DNA of 64,000 nucleotides from Mantamonas sphyraenae STR306. Lineage: Eukaryota > Protista > CRuMs. Position 1 is the stretch's first letter. Every line of letters starts with the position of its first letter. A program made the translations under genes and the position numbers. Of this stretch, positions 57,467-64,000 are shown one piece after another. The notes under the pieces were generated by a model, which was not told where the DNA came from, made no database searches, and saw only the letters and a program-made list of their open reading frames with translations. The stretch lies in the NCBI GenBank assembly GCA_026936335.1, contig JAPMXV010000043.1, forward strand, positions 248,001-312,000. The letters run 5' to 3'.

Positions 57467-57721
57467 ATGTTGCGACGACCAGCCACACGCATCCAACTGT
57501 CGCTGGAAGACGCAGAGGAGTACGAGAGCATCCGACAGGAACGGCTGGCCAAGGCCAAGGCGGAACGCGCGGGAAAGGAAGGATCGTCGAACAGCAGCAG
57601 CAGCAGCAGCAGCAGCGGGAGCAACAGCAGCGGGAGCACGGGCAAGGGCACGGGACGCAAGAGTGCGTTTAAATCGGGTGCATCGCGAGAGACAAAGCAA
57701 AGGATTGGGTTCTCCGGGTGA
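57467..57721 (+). CDS. CDC26: APC/C subunit CDC26/APC12 (84 aa)
   Basis: MLRRPATRIQLSLEDAEEYE matches the CDC26 N-terminal MLRR.PTR.EL...D..E motif. C-terminal RIGF. Confidence 0.85.
   Translation: MLRRPATRIQLSLEDAEEYESIRQERLAKAKAERAGKEGSSNSSSSSSSSGSNSSGSTGKGTGRKSAFKSGASRETKQRIGFSG
57593..57616. repeat. (AGC)8 encoding poly-Ser in CDC26
   Basis: Directly visible. Confidence 0.85.
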
Positions 57722-57736
57722 GGAGGCAACCCAAAC

Positions 57737-59017
57737 ATGTTTGCAGCGCGGTGGCGAAGCAATGGTGTTGGCGGTGGTGGAAAGGCGGGAAACGCGGTGC
57801 AGCTGCTGCACCGGCCAGTGATGCTGAACGAGGTTGTACAAAACGCGGTGGCGCAGGTGGGCGAAGCAATGAAGCAGAGAGAGAAGGATGGGGAAGAGGT
57901 TCGTGTGGTGGACGTCACCCTGGGCCTGGGAGGACACACGCTTGGCATCTTGCGCGCTCTGGCCACACAGGGTTTGTTGTACGACACGCCACGACCAGTG
58001 CGTGTGTTTGGATTCGACAGGGACGCAGAGGCAGTGGCATTGGCCCAGGCTCGCATGAAGCACCACGGCTTTGGTGAGCGTGTGTTTGCCGCACAGCAGG
58101 CCACGTTTGACGAGGTCCAGGACGCCATGGAGAGCCACACGGCATGCATGGTATTGGCCGACTTTGGTGTGTCCACGATGCAATTGCTGGAAGGACGCCG
58201 TGGCTTCTCGTTGCAGTCTGAGGGCAGGCTGGACATGCGCATGGATCCGAGCAGGCAGAACCGCACCGCGCTGGACGTCATCCGGGAGCAGGAAAGTGCG
58301 GAAACGCTGGAGGCGCTGCTGCGTGGCTTTGGCGAGGAGAAGTATGCCAGGCGGATTGCAGAGGCAATCGTAGATGCACGGTGGGAGCTGGAAACGACGA
58401 GGCAGCTGGCCGAACTGGTGGAGTCTGTGGTGCCAGCAAATCTAAACACACGGAGGCGTCGAGGTGGGTCCAAGGCACGTGTGGTGGTCCATCCTGCGAC
58501 GCGTGTGTTCCAAGCATTGCGCATTACGGTGAACGAGGAGCTGGAGCAGATCGAACGGCTGATGTCCTGGTTGCCCCAGGCAATGGCGCCGGGAGGGATG
58601 GCACAGCTGCTGACGTACCACAGCCTGGAGGACCGGCTGGTGAAGCAGGCTCTGCGCAACCACAAGCGCAAGAATGTGCAAGAAGACGACGATGTTCTGC
58701 GTTTGCTCACCTCTGTGATGCGTGGTGAACACGAACAGCATGCATGGTGGGCAGACGAACAGCAAAACGCAGCCGTGCAGGGAATCTCCATGGCAGCCTG
58801 GCAACGCAACCATGCCCAAGGACGAGGACACAGGATGCCGCGTCGCTGGGTCGGCTGGCTGCAGCTCAATGGCAAACGAGGGACGAAACCCACGGGCCAG
58901 GAGATCCAACACAATCCAGCCTCGAGATCGGCGCGCCTACGAGTGGGCAAGTGGATGCAATTGGAACGTGAGGAAAGGGAAGGGGATGCGCAGCAGGAGG
59001 CAACCGCATCGCCATGA
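57737..59017 (+). CDS. METTL15: RsmH/MraW-family rRNA m4C methyltransferase, probably mitochondrial
   Basis: HRPVMLNEV, DVTLGLGGHT, DRD, DFGVSTMQL..RGFS..LDMRM, HPATRVFQALRITVNEEL, YHSLEDRLVK, NPASRSARLR. Confidence 0.93.
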   Translation: MFAARWRSNGVGGGGKAGNAVQLLHRPVMLNEVVQNAVAQVGEAMKQREKDGEEVRVVDVTLGLGGHTLGILRALATQGLLYDTPRPVRVFGFDRDAEAVALAQARMKHHGFGERVFAAQQATFDEVQDAMESHTACMVLADFGVSTMQLLEGRRGFSLQSEGRLDMRMDPSRQNRTALDVIREQESAETLEALLRGFGEEKYARRIAEAIVDARWELETTRQLAELVESVVPANLNTRRRRGGSKARVVVHPATRVFQALRITVNEELEQIERLMSWLPQAMAPGGMAQLLTYHSLEDRLVKQALRNHKRKNVQEDDDVLRLLTSVMRGEHEQHAWWADEQQNAAVQGISMAAWQRNHAQGRGHRMPRRWVGWLQLNGKRGTKPTGQEIQHNPASRSARLRVGKWMQLEREEREGDAQQEATASP

Positions 59018-59023
59018 ACAAGC

Positions 59024-60978
59024 ATGTCCAAGGCGGAACAGGACGTGGTTGACACACGCATGCATGTGCGCAACCCGTACCGACAACGTGTGAGCGATTT
59101 CACACTGCTTGCCAAAGAGCACGCCGAGCTGGAGCCCTTGTGAGTGTCAGCTTGGTGCCGTGCATGCGTCGGCAGTTACAACTGGCCCCACAGCCACACG
59201 CTGACCCTTGCTCATGCATTTGCTCGTTGCACAGCGTGCGCGACAACGACGGCGAGGCATCCATCGACTGGACAGACCCAGAGGCCATCCGTGCCCTGAC
59301 GCAGGCGCTGTTGAAGAACGATTTTGATCTCCGCGTGCAGCTGCCGCCCAACCATCTCGTCCCGCGCGTCACAAACAGGCTCAACTACCTCTTGTGGCTG
59401 GAGGATCTCCTCAACGGTGCGCCTGTGGACACCCGACTGCCCTTCCGCGAGTCGTTGCCAGCGCTGCAAGGCCTGGAGAAGCGATCGACAGTGCGTGCGT
59501 TTGATCTGTACGTGCTTGTGTGCGCTTTTACCCTCTTTTGGCCGCTGCCCAGCAGCCCACGCTGTGAGAGCAGTTTGTGTGTGTGCGTGTGTGTGTGTGC
59601 ATGAGCTGTGTACCCCTGTTCTTTAGTGTTGCTGGCCTGCCTTTGAGTCCTGTGTCTAGCTGCTTCTGGCGGCAAAGAGTGAGGAAGGTGGCTTTGTCGG
59701 CGTCAAACCCAGGGAAGAGAAGGCATGTGACTGAACAAGCGCTACCCACGGGTGCGTTTGGGACCTGTGCATGCATACGCACGCTTTGCGTGCGTAGCTT
59801 ATTGCCACGTGCACTGGTTGGACGGCGGTCGCTCATTCTTATATTCTTCTCACACTCTGTGTGTTGGGGACTCTTCACCCCCTCCCTTTTATCTCTCTCT
59901 CAGGGGCACAGGAGCATCCGCCATCTATGCACTGCTAGGAGCACGCATGCACGGGTGGCACTTTGTGGCGAGCGAGCTGGATGCAGAGTCTGTGGAGGCT
60001 GCGCGTGAAAACGTGCAGCGCAACGGCCTGCAGGCACTGGTGGACGTCCGTCAGGCCAAGCAGGCACAAGACAGACTGTGTGCAGTGTTGGATCAGGAGC
60101 AAGACGCAGGCCAGTGGGACTTTTGCATGTGCAACCCTCCATTCTTTGAGGACAGTGCGGAGAAGAGGGCGCTTGCGTTTCGCGTGTGCGAGGCCACGGA
60201 AGGGGAGCTGGCGGCCGAGGGCGGCGAGGTGGCGTTTGTAGGCGGCATTGTGGAGGATTCGTTTGTGCTGCGGGAGCGGTTCCGGTGGTACACGTCGATG
60301 GTGGGCCGCAAGAAGAGCCTGAAACCGCTGATAGCCAAGTTGAAAACGCACGCAGACGAGCTGACGTGCATTGTGCAGAGTGTGTTTGTGCAGGGCAAGG
60401 CGCACAGGTGGGCGCTGGCTTGGTCGTTCACAGATGTGGCCGACGCAGAGCGCATGCACGTGGTGTACCCGGAGTACAAGCTGCTGTCCAAGAAAAGGAA
60501 GCGCACACAACGCGATGCACGGCAACACGACACACAGCACGATCAGAAGCGTGCACGGTTGCACATTCCCCTCCCTGAACGTTTTGACGTGGCGCACGGC
60601 GACGCACACGCAGTGCTGGCCATGCTACACGACGTCATGGGTCAGCTCCACGGCTGTGACGCAGCGATGGTGTTTGACAACGCCGGCGCAGGCAAGGAGC
60701 TGCATGTGGAGCACATCTTACATGAGGACAAGTGGAGTGTGAGCGGGCACGTGGCTGTGGAAGGCCAGAGCGACGGAGACGCGCTGCAGTTGAGTTTCGA
60801 GAGCGCCGTCACGCGCTCTCCCTCGTCACGGCGCTTGGCCATCGAGACGGTGTGCACTGAGCCAACGCGTGAAGAGTGGTTCCTTGCGTTGTGTCGAGTG
60901 ATCAGGATGGTGCTCCTTGCGAGTGTGGAGATGCTTTCGCAAGCAGCAACTGTGGAAACAACAACAAATGCGCCCTGA
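59024..60978 (+). CDS. METTL16: METTL16/RlmF-family m6A methyltransferase. Exons 59024-59139, 59235-59507, 59904-60978.
   Basis: MHVRNPY..DF, IDWTDP..LTQALLKNDF, LVPRVTNRLNYLLW, DLGTGASAIY across the splice, CMCNPPFF, GGEVAFV, WYTSMVG. Confidence 0.93.
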
Positions 60979-60984
60979 TGACCT

Positions 60985-62249
60985 CTATTCGACCAGATTC
61001 ACACGCACAAACTCCCAGTACTTGGCTCGGATGGGATCCTTGACAATGAGCTCCGAGGCAAGCTCGGCCGCAGCATCCTTGTCTCCCTGGGCCTCGTAGA
61101 TGTCGAGCAGCGCGGCAAGCACATGAACGGCGTCGCCGTTGCTTTCCTTAAACCCCTGCAGCAGCTCAAGCACCTTGGGGAACTCACCCAGGGGTGCCTT
61201 GCTGTCGGGCATGTTGATGCGCATGAGACCCTTCAGGTAGAGGAACGGGGCCTCGTTGTTCAGAGCAGCGGTGAAGTTGACCTTGAGCCAGGCCAGTTCG
61301 TCACCCTGCAACCAATCCACCCATGCACTACCTGTTGTGTCTGCGTAGAGGTGGGCAGTGACATGGAACAGCTGGTTCCATGCGCTGTTGTTGCGCAGAT
61401 CCGACTCGATCATCTTGACCATGTTCTGCCGTTCTTCCTCCCACAGGTCAAACATCTTCACCACAGCCACGCGGTGCTCCCACGCGTGGTAGTTCTTGGA
61501 ATCCTCCGCCAGGATCTCGTCTGTAAAGGCAATCTCCTCCATGGGCTCGCCGATCTTGGTCACCAGCGTCAAGCGGTGATACCTGCGCCGTAACACCATC
61601 CAACCCGTGAGCCCTCTCGCCTTCCCCGACCCCCACTCTGTCCTCCCAGCCATACGCGCAACCTACCACACTTGGTAATTCTTGGGGATCTCCCGTGTCA
61701 CCTCGTTTGTGAACGCAATCTCCTCGCGCAGGTCCTTGTTCAGCGCCTCCAGGCATTTGCGTCGGAACGCCCTGCAGCGTGGAACGCCGTGTCAGCTCGC
61801 CATGTGCACGCAGCAAGGCAGAGGGGATGGTTAGGGACGAACGGTGTACGGAAGGACCCTGCAGAGAAGGTTTGTGGACGCTAAACATGGCCTGTGCACA
61901 CGTACCACGCGGTGAAGTTGGCCGGGTTTGCGTCAATCACAGCGACGACAACTTGAAGCTGCGCTCACTCAGCTCCTCGGCCTGGAGCATGGCCCGAAAG
62001 TAGTCCATCAGTTCCCGGTCTGCATCGGTACGTGCATGACACAGGGAGGGAGGGGGTGGCACATGGGGTGGTGAGTGAATGTGAGTCAAAAGTTGTTTGG
62101 GGCCGTCCATCCTGCTGCCCAAGGCAAAACGTACACGAGTCCTGGTAGTTGATGGCCACCAGCGGGTTCTCCCCATCGTCCTGCGGCACAGGCGTCACAT
62201 CCTTCCATTCCTCCTGCTCAGAAAGCGGCACGTCCTCGACGTCGGACAT
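60985..62249 (-). CDS. FNTA: Protein farnesyl/geranylgeranyltransferase-I alpha subunit. Exons 62249-62135, 62019-61906, 61771-61667, 61582-60985, with a 1-nt frame break near 61942.
   Basis: WKDVTPVPQDDG, MDYFRA, NPANFTAW, PKNYQVWYHR, DSKNYHAWEHR, RNNSAWN, DPIRAKYW. Confidence 0.92.
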
Positions 62250-62433
62250 GCTGGTGATTTTTTTTGTGATGGATGTGGTGGAGCTGAAAGCACAGGACAA
62301 CTTCTTTGGCCATCTGCGGTTGACAGTGGTTGAGGGGATGCCACGTTTGGATGGGAGGTCCACATGGAGCTGCTATGGTCAAAGCCCGACTCAACCCACA
62401 CAAAACTCTCATTTTCTCGCACCCGGACGCGAG

Positions 62434-64000
62434 ATGGGCAACGAGCAGTCACAGGTGCATCGCGAGGTGCTCTCCTCTCTGCAGTCCATCACATCCGCCA
62501 ACTGGCGAGAAGTGTTGACGTCGTTTGTGGATCGAGTGCCAGCGGATGCGTCCATCGACTGCACCGACAAAAAGGTGCTCACAAAGCTATTTGCCCTGCT
62601 CGAAACGCAAGTGGCCCTACGCATGGAGCAAGATGACATCCACGGACTCCCATCCATGCCCTCTGCTTCTGGACCGGCTTCCTCCAGCGGCGGCGCCGAC
62701 CCGGAAAGCGTGTTTGATCCGAAAGGGGTCCAGCTCCTTCTGCAGTCGCTCTTCCGCCTCTTTTCCTCGCTGTCCATGTTCAAACTGGCAGCCACCGTGC
62801 GTTGGGATCTCCTCAACGACCTCCTTACCTTTTGGGAACACCCCGAGTGAGTGAAATTGCCTGCGTGATTCCTCGGAGGGTTGTGCTTGGACGACGACAA
62901 CATCGCTCGTTTTCTCACTGCCGTCTCTCATGCCTGACCTTGGCCTTCTCCCTACCCTTCCCACCCCCTTCCCGCACACAACAGCGTGGTGTGCGACACA
63001 CTGGACCTGATCCATCGGATGGTGCAGTGCAGTTTCGAGCCCAAGGCCAACGAAGAGAGCAAGTGCGACGCAGCCGAGGCGGCCAACAAGTTGGCGTTTG
63101 CCGGCGAGGACCGCCTCAACTCGCTGCTGGCCATGTTCCATGCACACAGCTATGGCAAGAACAGTGTGCTCCTGTGCAAGCTCATGCAACTGTTGGTGTC
63201 GCTTTTCTGCGAGCGGCAGCACACGACTGCGTTTGAGCAGGTGCAGAGCTTGCACAAGATGTTCCTCCCGTACGACACCGTCCTCTACGACCTCACTCGC
63301 CATGCCCACCCGCAGCTGCGCATCCTCTCCACTCGTTTCCTCGTCCAGCTGTTTCTGGAGAGCGATGAGGCCACGTACAGACAGTTGCAGGCGTCGTCTC
63401 TCGCCGCAGGTGTCCTCCTCTGGCACATGTTTTCTGCCTTTGAACCCAGGGCAGGCATGTGGTCGACGCAATCACAGGATAACGATGCTGGGAATGCAGG
63501 AGACGGCAGTGGTGACGTGGCTCAGGCAGAAGCACACAAGGACGACGCTGCGCACAGTGACAAGCACGAACAGACACAGACACAGGGAGAAGGTGTCGCT
63601 GAGGTGGGAGACACCAAGGTGAAGAAGGAACAGACAGAGGTGGTGGAGGTGGATGAGGATGAGGTTGAAGAGGAAGAGGAGGATGATGCCATGGCTTCGT
63701 TGGAACGATCGTCCACAGCGTGGGGATCGGCCCTCACGGTTGCCAACGAGGACAACCCAGAGACAAAGGCCACGGGCCAAGGTGAGAGCACGGCGGCAGG
63801 CGTGAGTGGCACCAATTCATCTGCGTCCAACACACCGAACGCAAGCAGCAGCGGCACGACCAACATTGGCTCCAACACACCGTCGAGCATTGCCACGCCG
63901 TCTCCGCTGCAGGCCACCCTCAGTGGGTCTGAATCGGAGCCAAGCACACCCGTGGGTGGGTTTGAGGGCTGGGAAGTGGTGGATCACCACTCGTTGGATG
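62434..64000 (+). CDS. RME-8/DNAJC13 N-domain-like protein, 3'-truncated. Exons 62434-62846 and 62985 onward.
   Basis: After the intron, EAANKLAF..FCERQHTT..LYDLTRH..QLFLESD..QLQASSLAAGVLLWHM parallels RME-8 motifs. N-terminus MGNEQS. Confidence 0.6.

Overview
Very compact, GC-rich nuclear DNA of a flagellated microbial eukaryote. The taxon cannot be determined from this window. Introns are short GT-AG introns, mostly with GTACGT, GTGAGT or GTAAGT donors, and intergenic gaps are often under 100 bp. The backbone carries EPG5, a carnitine/choline acyltransferase, two MFS transporters, PCNA, TEDC1, MALSU1/RsfS, a DHH phosphoesterase, DRC11/IQCA1, a dual-specificity pseudophosphatase, DRC2/CCDC65, MMS19, CDC26, METTL15, METTL16, FNTA and an RME-8-like gene. 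Three things stand out. (1) A lower-GC accessory island at about 21.45-37.35 kb is built from head-to-head pairs of a coiled-coil gene (one with an LRR-ankyrin front end) and a 4-TM membrane gene. It also holds a SPRY-like/ankyrin/TKL kinase lying between 3.8-kb inverted repeats that include the kinase's own 3' end. (2) CDC26, METTL15 and METTL16 lie co-directionally only 15 and 6 nt apart, a candidate polycistronic unit. (3) A 1488-aa signal-peptide protein has an extraordinarily Arg-rich mature part. Five small frame breaks in conserved genes most likely reflect consensus indel errors. All protein family calls come from motif recognition by eye, not database searches.
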